From a virus (lineage: Duplodnaviria > Caudoviricetes): 64,000 nt of DNA. The position numbers and the translations under genes were made by a program. This document shows positions 34,362-43,623 of the stretch, in pieces. The stretch's first letter is position 1; each line of letters begins with the position of its first letter. The notes below the pieces were generated by a model, which made no database searches, had not been told where the DNA came from, and saw only the letters and a program-made list of their open reading frames with translations. The stretch is from IMG/VR virus record IMGVR_UViG_2513237141_000002, positions 5,308 to 69,307 of that record; one strand, given 5' to 3'.

Positions 34362-35984
34362 GTGTCTCCCATTACCATGTATACGATCGTGCATCCGACT
34401 GCTGCGGCTGCACCCCCATCTCTCTACGTCAATTCGGAGACGAACACTCTTGCGGCCACGATCTCGCCGAGTCCCCCGGCGGCGTGGTTGCAGGCGGTCG
34501 ACACTCTGATTTCGACCCTCAAGAGTGCCAGCATTTGGCAGACCTTCGACCTGTTCTACTGCTTCGCTGCCCCGAGTCAGAACGCTTGCAATTTCAACTG
34601 GGTCAACCCGCTTGTGGGGCTTCTGACCCCGCACGGCAGCCTGACCTACCAGCCCTATTCCTATGTCGCCAGTGATGGCTCGACGGGCTGGTTCTCGACG
34701 ACGTTTGGTGTCAACTCTGGCAAGGCGGTCGACGGCAGCGCCGAGTTCGGGCACTTCTGCCTGAGCGAGGCCTCGGACGGCATCAGTGTGTTCCAGAGCA
34801 CCGGGGGGCGTAGCTTCACTTCCTTGGTGGCGTCCGGCACCGCCATCAACAACATGACCGGCGGCCTCAATACGTCCACGACGGGCACGTGGAGCAGCCA
34901 GTGGGGGTCCACGGTGGGCCACTGGGTTCTCCAGCAGGAGGACACGTCGTCCACGCTGGAGGCGTTCCTCGATGGCGCGTCGCTGGGCACCCAGGTCAAG
35001 ACGCACAGCGCCGATTCTGGCACCGTGCAGCTGTTCAAGAGTTCCGGCGGCTCGTTCACATCAAGACAGACTGCGCTGGTCCACTACGGCTCGAAACTGA
35101 CGGGCCCCCAGCAGCTCGCCTTGAGTCAGGCGCTCTATACGTTCTTGGCGGCGGTTGGTGTCAAGCCTCTGGCGGGCTATCTCGGCCTGACCACGGGCCC
35201 AACGAACCCCGCCGCATACAAGCATATCCCGAACACCACGACGACCTTCCCGGTTACGGTCTCGCCGCTGGCACTGGTCGGCGAAATCCAGGGAAGGGCG
35301 GGTGCGTATCCTTACAACCTCATTCTGAACAACGATCCGAACTACGGGCGCTTGTGGCGGCTCGAGGTCCACGGCGGCGACTTCGCATCGTTCGACCATA
35401 CCTACATCGATCGTGTCCAGATCAATACCGGCTTCGGGGCCGGTCTCTATCCATGGCAGACCACCATGGATCAGGCGTTCTCGTTCTTCATCGAAAGCGG
35501 TGGCGTCTATTCCACCGACTTCATGGATCTGGTCGTCGACTGGCACGATCAGACCAGCGGCGTGAATGCCGGTCCCGGCATGACCCCTGAAACGAATGGC
35601 TCGGGCAATATTTTCGTTTGGGGCTACAACGCCACGGGATCGCCGACCTATATCAACGAGTACCCGGATACGACATTCGCCACCAAGCCCGCGCAGGGCG
35701 TGTGGCACCATGTCAGGTTGACCTGGCGATGGGACAACGCGCCGAACGGCTTCCTCAAGGTGTGGTTCGACGGCGCCCAAATCCTCAACTACACCGGCGG
35801 CCAGTTCGGAACGGCGGCAGGGGCTCCGTTCTGGTACAACCTCGCGCTTTATCGAGGTGACAGAACCGGGAGCACCACGACGCCGTTTGCTGTCTGGGTC
35901 GCCAATATGGAGATCGATTCCTCCGGTACCCAGCCGCTTTCCTCGCGCATCAACACTCCGCTGCCGACTCCCCCGCTGGTGTAA
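34362..35984 (+). CDS. virion protein with a C-terminal polysaccharide-lyase (heparin lyase I-like) jelly-roll domain
   Basis: RLEVHGGD, VDWHD, GVWHHVRLTWRW...GFLKVWFDGAQILNYTG, NLALYRG motifs. Confidence 0.6.
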   Translation: MSPITMYTIVHPTAAAAPPSLYVNSETNTLAATISPSPPAAWLQAVDTLISTLKSASIWQTFDLFYCFAAPSQNACNFNWVNPLVGLLTPHGSLTYQPYSYVASDGSTGWFSTTFGVNSGKAVDGSAEFGHFCLSEASDGISVFQSTGGRSFTSLVASGTAINNMTGGLNTSTTGTWSSQWGSTVGHWVLQQEDTSSTLEAFLDGASLGTQVKTHSADSGTVQLFKSSGGSFTSRQTALVHYGSKLTGPQQLALSQALYTFLAAVGVKPLAGYLGLTTGPTNPAAYKHIPNTTTTFPVTVSPLALVGEIQGRAGAYPYNLILNNDPNYGRLWRLEVHGGDFASFDHTYIDRVQINTGFGAGLYPWQTTMDQAFSFFIESGGVYSTDFMDLVVDWHDQTSGVNAGPGMTPETNGSGNIFVWGYNATGSPTYINEYPDTTFATKPAQGVWHHVRLTWRWDNAPNGFLKVWFDGAQILNYTGGQFGTAAGAPFWYNLALYRGDRTGSTTTPFAVWVANMEIDSSGTQPLSSRINTPLPTPPLV

Positions 35985-35987
35985 CGC

Positions 35988-36662
35988 ATGCCATTCGGGT
36001 TCATCCAGGGGACGGGCGGCTTCTCGGCCTCCAATACGTCTCAGGCTTTTACCTTTGGCGGTGCTGTAACTGCTGGATCGTGCCTGGCGTTGGCCATGCG
36101 GTCCAACAGCCAATCCATCACCGGGGTGACAGACAACGTCAACGGCGCCGTTGCATGGACCCAGGTGCGGCAAACGGCGTGGAACGCGCTGGGCAACCAG
36201 CTGAGTGTCTACATTTTCCCCAATACCGCGTCGGGAACACCGACCGTCACCGCGACCTTTGCAGCGGCGAGTTCTGTTGACTTTGCCATAGCTGAATATG
36301 GTGGCGTGGCCACATCCAGCCCCGTTGATGTCAGCGCCATCCAGTATAATGACACGGCCGGCACAGCAGTTTCACTACCGTCCATTACCACGACGAACGC
36401 AAACGACGTCCTGATCGGGGTTTACGTCCTGCAGAACGGCGTGACGTGGACGGACAATGTCGCCGGGTCCACTCCGAATACATGGACGAATCGCATCGGC
36501 GCGGACGGCAACATCATCTGGTGGAACGACGTGATCGTGAGTTCTACCGGGACGTATTTCGAGAACGCCACTCTGAGCGCTTCTGAAACATACGCCTCCT
36601 GTCAGTTTGCACTGAAGCAGTTCGTGGCTGCCGATGTCCTGATGCCGCAGGCTTGGATGTAG
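35988..36662 (+). CDS. beta-sandwich virion protein
   Basis: VTDNVNG...TVTATF...AEYGGVATSSPVD...ITTTNANDVLIG. Confidence 0.7.
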   Translation: MPFGFIQGTGGFSASNTSQAFTFGGAVTAGSCLALAMRSNSQSITGVTDNVNGAVAWTQVRQTAWNALGNQLSVYIFPNTASGTPTVTATFAAASSVDFAIAEYGGVATSSPVDVSAIQYNDTAGTAVSLPSITTTNANDVLIGVYVLQNGVTWTDNVAGSTPNTWTNRIGADGNIIWWNDVIVSSTGTYFENATLSASETYASCQFALKQFVAADVLMPQAWM

Positions 36663-36665
36663 GTC

Positions 36666-37064
36666 ATGAAGCAAATGGGATACATCCTGGTGGATCACCG
36701 GGCATCACCCGGTCTGCCAGAGGATATCGCGCGAGCAGCTGGATACGATCCGAAGTTCTGCGGCGAAGGCAAGGTGTTCGAGCAGGACACCATGACATGC
36801 TCTCACTGCAAGAGCGTCGTGGTCAAGAACAATGCCCGCACCCGAGAGCGCGCCAAGTGCTTCGAGTGCGACAACAAGGAAGGCCATTACATCTGTGATG
36901 GCTGCGACTTCATTCGGCGCGAGCCAGGTTACGTCCATACCCCATTCACGAAGTTCATCGATGACCACCTCGCGGTGGCAGCCAATCCGTGCTCGACGCG
37001 CGATTTGCCCACTGCGCCGGGCGTCACGTTATCAGGAACCCCTCAGAAGCTTCTGCTTCCATAA
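36666..37064 (+). CDS. multi-CxxC Zn-finger protein
   Basis: CSHC, CFEC, CDGC; GYILVDHRASPG. Confidence 0.75.
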   Translation: MKQMGYILVDHRASPGLPEDIARAAGYDPKFCGEGKVFEQDTMTCSHCKSVVVKNNARTRERAKCFECDNKEGHYICDGCDFIRREPGYVHTPFTKFIDDHLAVAANPCSTRDLPTAPGVTLSGTPQKLLLP

Positions 37065-37074
37065 GGAGTAATCA

Positions 37075-37590
37075 ATGTCCAAGCGCGTCTTCCAGGTTTC
37101 CTCGTTCACGCCGACCGCGCAGGCCGATGGTGCCCTGTCCGCGGGCACTTGGGCCGCACTGAAGCCTGGATCGTCGACCGATATCCTGAAGATCGGCAAG
37201 ATGCTACTGATGGGGCAGGCCTCGTCCTCGGCGGTGACGGCGACCATGCTGGCGCGATCGTCCTCGCTTGCCACTACGCCTTCGGCGCTGGCTCTGCCGA
37301 ACTCAGACGGTCCCGCAAACATCGCGGCGACCGCTGTGTCGACCGCGCCGGTTGCGTTCGTCGCGTCAACCGGCGCCCCGAACCGCTCGCCCGCTGTCGG
37401 CATTCCGCGCCTCAACCTCACCTTCAACGCCTTTGGCGGCATCATCCAGTGGCAGACCAACCCGGGCTCCGAAGAGGAGTGGGTTGCGGTCGGCAATAAC
37501 ACTGCGTCCAACTCGGAAACCTTGCTGTCCTCGGCCAACGTCGGCTCCGCTGGTGCGATCGGTGCGGATTGGTTCTACGAGGTCCTGTAA
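37075..37590 (+). CDS. hypothetical structural protein
   Basis: AAGGAG RBS; small-residue-rich. Confidence 0.75.
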   Translation: MSKRVFQVSSFTPTAQADGALSAGTWAALKPGSSTDILKIGKMLLMGQASSSAVTATMLARSSSLATTPSALALPNSDGPANIAATAVSTAPVAFVASTGAPNRSPAVGIPRLNLTFNAFGGIIQWQTNPGSEEEWVAVGNNTASNSETLLSSANVGSAGAIGADWFYEVL

Positions 37591-37618
37591 GTTTCGTCTC
37601 ACTAGCGTGGTCGCGTAG

Positions 37619-38806
37619 ATGACCCTTCGCCGACCACATTTTACGCCGCCGAGGCCTGTGAGGGCGGCGGCACCGGACGCGACGCGCCCGACCAATATAA
37701 ACCTGCTGACGAATCCGATCCCGGTGTGGACCGTCTTTAGCCACACCTATACGCCGGTGCCGATCTCCAAGTTCGCACCGCCGAATCTGTCGAACCTCTA
37801 TGGGACGCTGTACTTGGCGGCGAGGAGCGTCGGTGCAGCGCGGGCGCTGAGTCCGCTTGCTGCCAATGCCGCTTTGTCAACCATTAGCAAAAGCGCGGGG
37901 CAGGGCGTTTCTGTCCTTGCGCGGTTGATCATCATCACATCCAGTTCCGTGGCCGCCGGCTTTGGCCGCGGTCTTGGATTGTTCCAGACGTTATTCGCAG
38001 CTCAGAGCACGGGCGAGGCGCAGGCGAAAGCCTCGCCATCGTTTAGTGCCAGCCTAGTCGCGGCTGGGCTTGGGGCAGCGACGAGTGTCGCTGCCGTTGC
38101 CGGTAAGGTTGCATTCGCAGCGAGAAGCGCTGCCGCCGCCTTTGGTCAGCTGATCCCTCCGGGGGTCTTCACACTATTCGCGTCGTCGATCGCCATGGCG
38201 CGTGGCCGTTTCGGGGGCATGTCGGGCGCGACATCCCTGCGGGGCGCATCGGGAGCACAGGCCAAGGGACCGGCGGCATTCAGTCCCAAGGCCTTGCTGG
38301 CCATTAGAAGCATAGCCTCGGCCAAGGGCACGGCATCTGCCGCGGTCAATGCGTTCCTGCTGTTCGCGAGGTCGTCGGCCGCGGCAAGGGGCGTTGCGTC
38401 CATTGCGGCCAAAACGTTCTTTTCCACCACCGGGGTCGCTGCCGCAGTCGGTCGCGCCGGAATCGTCGCCAAGACCGCGCTCGCTGCCAAGAGTGCAGCC
38501 GCTGCGAGTAGCTCGGCGCTTTTCCGTGTGGCCGCGCTGTTGCTGGCGGGGTCGTCGGCGGTCGCTAAAGGCACCGCGACCAATACGCTTAAGGCTTTCT
38601 TGTCCGCAGCAGGTCGCGCGGTCGCCACGGGCCGCTCGTTCGCGACGGGCAAGATGGCACTCGCAGCCAGAAGCGCGGCGATGTCCTTTGGCCGGAGCCT
38701 CGGCGGCGGGATTGCGCTTTCTGCGTACTCTATGGCGGCGGCGTTCTCCAAGGCCTCGCTGACGGTCTTCCGGCTCTCTCAGAGATTTGGGCGCATTCGC
38801 CGATGA
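37619..38806 (+). CDS. Ala/Ser/Gly-rich quasi-repeat protein
   Basis: Recurrent ARS-x-A-x-A-x-G units. Confidence 0.7.
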   Translation: MTLRRPHFTPPRPVRAAAPDATRPTNINLLTNPIPVWTVFSHTYTPVPISKFAPPNLSNLYGTLYLAARSVGAARALSPLAANAALSTISKSAGQGVSVLARLIIITSSSVAAGFGRGLGLFQTLFAAQSTGEAQAKASPSFSASLVAAGLGAATSVAAVAGKVAFAARSAAAAFGQLIPPGVFTLFASSIAMARGRFGGMSGATSLRGASGAQAKGPAAFSPKALLAIRSIASAKGTASAAVNAFLLFARSSAAARGVASIAAKTFFSTTGVAAAVGRAGIVAKTALAAKSAAAASSSALFRVAALLLAGSSAVAKGTATNTLKAFLSAAGRAVATGRSFATGKMALAARSAAMSFGRSLGGGIALSAYSMAAAFSKASLTVFRLSQRFGRIRR

Positions 38807-39084
38807 TCCACTGGCCATCAAAGAGATCTGCCGACGCGCATATCGACTACGACTTGTATTGGACGGACAAGCTGGACGTCGGCGATTCGATCCTGACATC
38901 GACTTGGTCTATGCCGTCGGCGTCGACCTCGCTGACCTTCGTCGATGGCGGGTTCATCAGCCCCGTCACCAAGGTCTTCCTGACCGGGGGGATAAGCGGA
39001 GAGGCCTACATCTTGCAGAACGCCATCACGACGGTGTTCGGCAGCTCGTTCACGCGTCAGGCATCCGTCTTGGTCAAGGACTAG
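38803..39084 (+). CDS. fibre-adaptor-like protein
   Basis: WPSK...DYDLYWTDKLDVGDSILTSTW...YILQNAITT...FTRQASVLV pattern. Confidence 0.6.
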   Translation: MIHWPSKRSADAHIDYDLYWTDKLDVGDSILTSTWSMPSASTSLTFVDGGFISPVTKVFLTGGISGEAYILQNAITTVFGSSFTRQASVLVKD

Positions 39085-39088
39085 CGAC

Positions 39089-39466
39089 GTGTTTGGAAGG
39101 ACGGTGAGCGTCTACCGGCAGATGACGTCTGCGGGCCCGAGCGACAGTGCGGTCGGTGATGGCGGCTACTCTGGCCCCGTGCAGTCGACAACGAGCCCGC
39201 AGGGGCTTCAGCTTATCGCCTCCGGGCTGATAGCGGAGATCCAGTCCGGCGCGGTAGGGCGCCGCGGGCAATCCGCGGGCACCTTGCCGACCGACGTCGT
39301 CTATGCGCCGACGTGGACGATCTACATCCCGTCCACCGCGGTGGGGCAGTACACGGTGCGCGACCGCGACATTATCGTGGACGATGAGGGCTATCGCTAC
39401 GAAGTCGGCCAGAATTACTGGAACATTCTTGGCTACAAACTGACGTGCATCCGTTTGGAGGCATAA
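39089..39466 (+). CDS. head closure/stopper-like protein
   Basis: Position; WTIYIP...RDRDIIVDDEGYRYEV. Confidence 0.6.
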   Translation: MFGRTVSVYRQMTSAGPSDSAVGDGGYSGPVQSTTSPQGLQLIASGLIAEIQSGAVGRRGQSAGTLPTDVVYAPTWTIYIPSTAVGQYTVRDRDIIVDDEGYRYEVGQNYWNILGYKLTCIRLEA

Positions 39467-40348
39467 ATGGCCGACCTTTCGGATGTGACGGCATACCTGA
39501 AATCTCAGGCCATATCGGCCGTCTATCCTAACGGTACATTGCAGCCGAGTATCGTGGGGCTGGACTGCCTCGTTGTCGAAGGCTGGCCTAACGCCGCGAA
39601 GCTCGATCTCGATGTCGCCGGCATGACGCTGGACAATTCGAGGAAGCCGCCCTTAGAGGTGCAGCGCCCGAACGGCCCGCGTATGAACGTCAGCGTGTTC
39701 CCGATGGCGGGGACTGGCGTCAGTACCTACCAGATACAGGACGAGACCCGCATCATCTCGCAGCCGACCTACGGAATTACGTTCGTGGTCATTGGCGATG
39801 TGATCTATGCCTCGGGACAGCCGGGCCCCGGCGAGTACCTCACAGTCGAGGCGGACCGGCAATTCATCTATTCGGCAACGGGCGCGACACTTCCTGCCAT
39901 CCTCTCAACCCTGGCCACACAGGCGCAAGCGAACTACCCAACCGCGAGCTCAACAGCAACGTCGCTGAGCATCCCCGCCAAGTTCTCATTCTCCGTAAGG
40001 CAGGGCGGTGTCGGCGTGATGGGCAAGGTGACGTGGCGCCAGAAGCATTGCGTCATGGTCAGCGTGTGGGCCGATACGCCCGATCACCGCACGACGCTCG
40101 CTAGCGCGGTCGACAATCTGATCAAGCAGAACCTCAAGGTGTCCATGCCGGATACCTCACAGGCCGTCATCCGCTACAGCCGCACCAATGTGATCGATGA
40201 GGGCGAGGCGAGGACGGTCTATCGCCGCGATCTCATTTACGAGGCCGAATACGCCACGTTGGAAGAGTTCCCCGGCTATGTCGTGACATCGGTCACGATA
40301 GACATCGCCAACCCGAGCAACACCGCAATCGCGACCGCCATCGTCTGA
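39467..40348 (+). CDS. tail terminator/completion-like protein
   Basis: MADLSDV, VEGWP, YRRDLIYEAEYAT; precedes the sheath. Confidence 0.6.
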   Translation: MADLSDVTAYLKSQAISAVYPNGTLQPSIVGLDCLVVEGWPNAAKLDLDVAGMTLDNSRKPPLEVQRPNGPRMNVSVFPMAGTGVSTYQIQDETRIISQPTYGITFVVIGDVIYASGQPGPGEYLTVEADRQFIYSATGATLPAILSTLATQAQANYPTASSTATSLSIPAKFSFSVRQGGVGVMGKVTWRQKHCVMVSVWADTPDHRTTLASAVDNLIKQNLKVSMPDTSQAVIRYSRTNVIDEGEARTVYRRDLIYEAEYATLEEFPGYVVTSVTIDIANPSNTAIATAIV

Positions 40349-40359
40349 GAGAGGTCACC

Positions 40360-40524
40360 GTGCAATATCACCTGATCTGTGTCCACGACTTCCACGGCTA
40401 CCACAAGGGGCAGAGGGTCACCGATCCCTCGGAGGTCGAAAGACTGATGAAGGATCGCGACCACCACTTCGTCAGGGTGCCTGCATCGGAAGGTGGTGAG
40501 CCCGAGCCCAGTGCAGACGACTAA
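40360..40524 (+). CDS. small hypothetical protein
   Basis: Manual translation MQYHLICVHDFHGYHKGQRVTDP...; GAGG RBS. Confidence 0.55.
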   Translation: MQYHLICVHDFHGYHKGQRVTDPSEVERLMKDRDHHFVRVPASEGGEPEPSADD

Positions 40525-40548
40525 CAGAGCCGTCAGATCAACCCAATG

Positions 40549-40573
40549 ACCCGCCCTTCGAGGCGGGTTTTTT
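40549..40573 (+). terminator. intrinsic terminator
   Basis: ACCCGCC-CTTCGA-GGCGGGT followed by a T-tract. Confidence 0.85.
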
Positions 40574-40589
40574 ATTTGGAGAAAGTTAG

Positions 40590-42542
40590 ATGACGACCGG
40601 CACTGTTTTCCTCGACGGTCAGCAGAATTTGGCGGCACTTACCGTGCCGGGCGTCTATGGGGACATCATCCTCCCCACGCCGCAACTTCTCGGCACGCCG
40701 ACCAACATCGAAGGCCTTGTGGGTGTTGCAAGCTGGGGTCCGCTCAATGCGGTGATGGGTGTTTCGAAGCCGTCGGATATGGCGACCACGTTCGGTCCGC
40801 CGATGATCCGCCCCTATGACATGTCATCTTATGTGTCGGCCGCCTCGCAGGTCGGTGGCGCGATCGGCTTTTTCTGTGTGCGCGTGTCTGACGGCACAGA
40901 CCTCGCTGCTACTGCAAACATCGGCGGCGTCACCATCACCGGCAAGTATACTGGAGTTCTCGGCAACAAGATCAACGTGTCGATCCAGAATGGCTCGCTG
41001 GCCAATTCGTGGATGCCTGTGGTTGGCTTCCCGGGCATCGTCCCGGAGCAATTCAACAACATCACCGGCCCGACGCCGGCAACCGGCAGCGCCACATTCT
41101 CAGGCCAGCCCTCCAATAATGACGTCCTGACCATCGGCGGCACGTCGGTCACGTTCGTGACTGCGAATCCAGTGGGCAGCCAGGTCCAGATTGGATCGTC
41201 GCTTGCCGTGACGCTGTCGAATCTCTTGGCCTTCCTGCTGGCATCGTCGGACGTCAACCTCGTCAAATTCAGCTATGCGCTGTCCAGTAACGTGCTGGCG
41301 TTCTCGGCCAACCAGTTCGTTAACTCCGGCGGCAGCGCTGGCGCTTCGGGCAACTCTCTGACCCTCGCCAAGGTTTCGACCGCCATTACGCTGTCTGGTG
41401 CCACCCTGACTGGTGGTGCAGGCACTTGGCAGACCTTCTGGAACAACGTCGCCAGCGTCATCAACAGCGGTAACGCCTTCCATGGGCCGAGCCAGTTTGT
41501 GATCGCGACGGCAAACGTCTCCACGGTCCCGCCGACGCTATCTACCCAGACGACCCTGTCGGGCGGCACTGATGGCGCGTCCAACGTCACCGACGCCACG
41601 CTGATGGGGCAGGACATCACCCCGCGAAAGGGCATGTTCGCCCTGCGTAATGCCGGTGTCGACTGCTTCACGCTCTGCGATCTCTCGACGGTTGCTGACT
41701 ATGCGGCGATTGCCTCGTTTGCGCTGTCGGAGACTTGCTACGCGATCTTTGCATCGCCATCGGGTGACACCATCGCGAACTGCCTTGCGACCATAACCAA
41801 TGCTGGCGTCGACACGCCTTGGTTCAAGTACATCCTCGGAGACTGGCCGACCTTCTATGATAGCTTTAACGGTGTCTCGCGGCTGATCAACCCGTCCGCG
41901 TTCGGCATCGGAATCTTCGGCAACCTGTCGCCTCAACTCGGATCTCTCAACAAGCCACTGCAGGGTATCTCGGCAACCCAGCGCTCGACGTTGGGCCAGA
42001 CCTATTCCGACACCGAGTTGTCGCAGATCAACACCGGCCGCATCGACGTCATCCTGCCCCCGTCGAGTTCGCCGGGCGGCTATTACTTCTCGTTCGCATC
42101 GGGCCGCAACGCCTCGTCGAATACGGCTGCCAATAGCGACATCTATCCAAGGCTGACCAACTTCCTGATCCGCGCTGCGCAGAGCAAGGCGGCGGGGAGC
42201 TTCGTGGGCCAGTTGCAGTCGATCCAGCCCAACGACCAGACCCGCGCGAAAGCGAAGGCCCTGTTTGATGGTTTCTCGGCGCAGCTCGCCTCACCGCAGG
42301 TCGGGCTCGGCATCAACGGGCAGGGCATGATCGATGCGTGGTCGGTGCAGTGTGATTTGCTCAACAACCCGGCGCCACTGCAAGCACTTGGTTATCTCTT
42401 CCTGTACTGGCAGGTGAGGTATTTGAACGAAGTTCGTTACTTCGTTGTGAAGTTCGCCGGAGGTGGCAACGTAACCATCACCCCGCAGAGCACGCCGCCG
42501 ACTCCGTCGCAGTTCCTGCCCTCGGCGAACACATCGCTCTAA
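40590..42542 (+). CDS. tail sheath protein
   Basis: LTVPGVYGDI, GVASWGPLN, LSGGTDG, RLTNFL; 650 aa before the tube. Confidence 0.9.
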   Translation: MTTGTVFLDGQQNLAALTVPGVYGDIILPTPQLLGTPTNIEGLVGVASWGPLNAVMGVSKPSDMATTFGPPMIRPYDMSSYVSAASQVGGAIGFFCVRVSDGTDLAATANIGGVTITGKYTGVLGNKINVSIQNGSLANSWMPVVGFPGIVPEQFNNITGPTPATGSATFSGQPSNNDVLTIGGTSVTFVTANPVGSQVQIGSSLAVTLSNLLAFLLASSDVNLVKFSYALSSNVLAFSANQFVNSGGSAGASGNSLTLAKVSTAITLSGATLTGGAGTWQTFWNNVASVINSGNAFHGPSQFVIATANVSTVPPTLSTQTTLSGGTDGASNVTDATLMGQDITPRKGMFALRNAGVDCFTLCDLSTVADYAAIASFALSETCYAIFASPSGDTIANCLATITNAGVDTPWFKYILGDWPTFYDSFNGVSRLINPSAFGIGIFGNLSPQLGSLNKPLQGISATQRSTLGQTYSDTELSQINTGRIDVILPPSSSPGGYYFSFASGRNASSNTAANSDIYPRLTNFLIRAAQSKAAGSFVGQLQSIQPNDQTRAKAKALFDGFSAQLASPQVGLGINGQGMIDAWSVQCDLLNNPAPLQALGYLFLYWQVRYLNEVRYFVVKFAGGGNVTITPQSTPPTPSQFLPSANTSL

Positions 42543-42570
42543 CCGACCCCAACGCCTTTGTCCTGATCGC

Positions 42571-42594
42571 CCCGCCCTAGCCGGCGGGTTTTTT
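42571..42594 (+). terminator. intrinsic terminator between sheath and tube
   Basis: CCCGCC-CTAGCC-GGCGGG followed by T6. Confidence 0.75.
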
Positions 42595-42608
42595 GTTTGG
42601 AGACTTCA

Positions 42609-43046
42609 ATGCCCACGAATACGATGAACATTGGCGTCGACTACTCGTTTTCCTACTTCGACGGTGCAAGCGGCATCCTGCTCGACATCTCCGACATCGA
42701 GGATGTCACCATCACCGCTATGAAGCACGACATCAAGGCGATGCCGTACAACAACCTTCCCCGTTACGACTATGTCGACGACGGCTTCCGCATCGAGTTC
42801 AGCATTGTGCGTACCAGCGCGACGCTGGAAAACTACATGATCACGCGCTCGCAGCAGCTTCTGAACGGGACGGTGCGGCAGCCGGGCTTCCTGAACCAGG
42901 CCATTATCAACCCCGATGGCTCGACCAGCCGGTATCAGTACGTCAACTGCGTCATCTTCCTCACCGACCACGGCAACATCAGCCGCGACAAGCCTGTGAA
43001 GCTGAAGCTTGAGGGAATGGCCAGCGCCAAGACGCAGATTGCCTAA
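42609..43046 (+). CDS. tail tube protein
   Basis: 145 aa after the sheath; GFRIEFSIVR, YQYVNC. Confidence 0.8.
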   Translation: MPTNTMNIGVDYSFSYFDGASGILLDISDIEDVTITAMKHDIKAMPYNNLPRYDYVDDGFRIEFSIVRTSATLENYMITRSQQLLNGTVRQPGFLNQAIINPDGSTSRYQYVNCVIFLTDHGNISRDKPVKLKLEGMASAKTQIA

Positions 43047-43060
43047 CAGTAGGAGAGTGC

Positions 43061-43444
43061 ATGTCCACGGAAAGTGAGACAATCCTTGCGCGATACAAAA
43101 CAGTAGAGAAAGAGGCCGACAAGCTTGGGCGCCTGATCGGAGTTCGGCGCCTGAGGCCTAGCGAGCAGGCCAAGGTCACGGGCATGACGCCCGAGCTGAG
43201 CGGCCACGATGAGGTCATGACGCCGGACGGCAACAAGGTGCAGATATCGCACCGGATGCCGCATGTTATCGCTGCCGCCGTGTGCATGATCAACGAGTCG
43301 CCCATTCCGTTCCCGCGCAATCGCGGCGAGCTTGACGCAATCTTCGATAAGCTTGACGCCGAGGGGTTGGCTGCGGCTGGTGCGGCACTCGGGCGCCTCG
43401 CAGAGGACTCGCCGGTCAACGGGGCCGAAGAAGCAAAAAACTAG
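43061..43444 (+). CDS. tail assembly chaperone
   Basis: Position; ends GCA AAA AAC TAG. Confidence 0.8.
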   Translation: MSTESETILARYKTVEKEADKLGRLIGVRRLRPSEQAKVTGMTPELSGHDEVMTPDGNKVQISHRMPHVIAAAVCMINESPIPFPRNRGELDAIFDKLDAEGLAAAGAALGRLAEDSPVNGAEEAKN

Positions 43445-43620
43445 TCGAGGACCCTGTTTTTCGGATGATCTGCTGGAGCATCCAGAATGGGGTCCCGTTC
43501 GATGTCGCCCATAACATGTTCGACCACGAGTTGCTGTCCTATTCGATTGTGTTCGCGTCGCTGAAGAACGGCGGGCAGGAATGGGACTGGGACCGAGGCG
43601 GGTTCATCGAGAAGCGGTGA
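43435..43620 (+). CDS. -1 frameshift extension of the tail assembly chaperone
   Basis: Slippery A AAA AAC (43435-43441); -1 frame reads LVEDPVFRMICWSIQNGVPFDVAH...WDWDRGGFIEKR to TGA 43620. Confidence 0.8.
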   Translation, partial: KKLVEDPVFRMICWSIQNGVPFDVAHNMFDHELLSYSIVFASLKNGGQEWDWDRGGFIEKR

Positions 43621-43623
43621 TCA

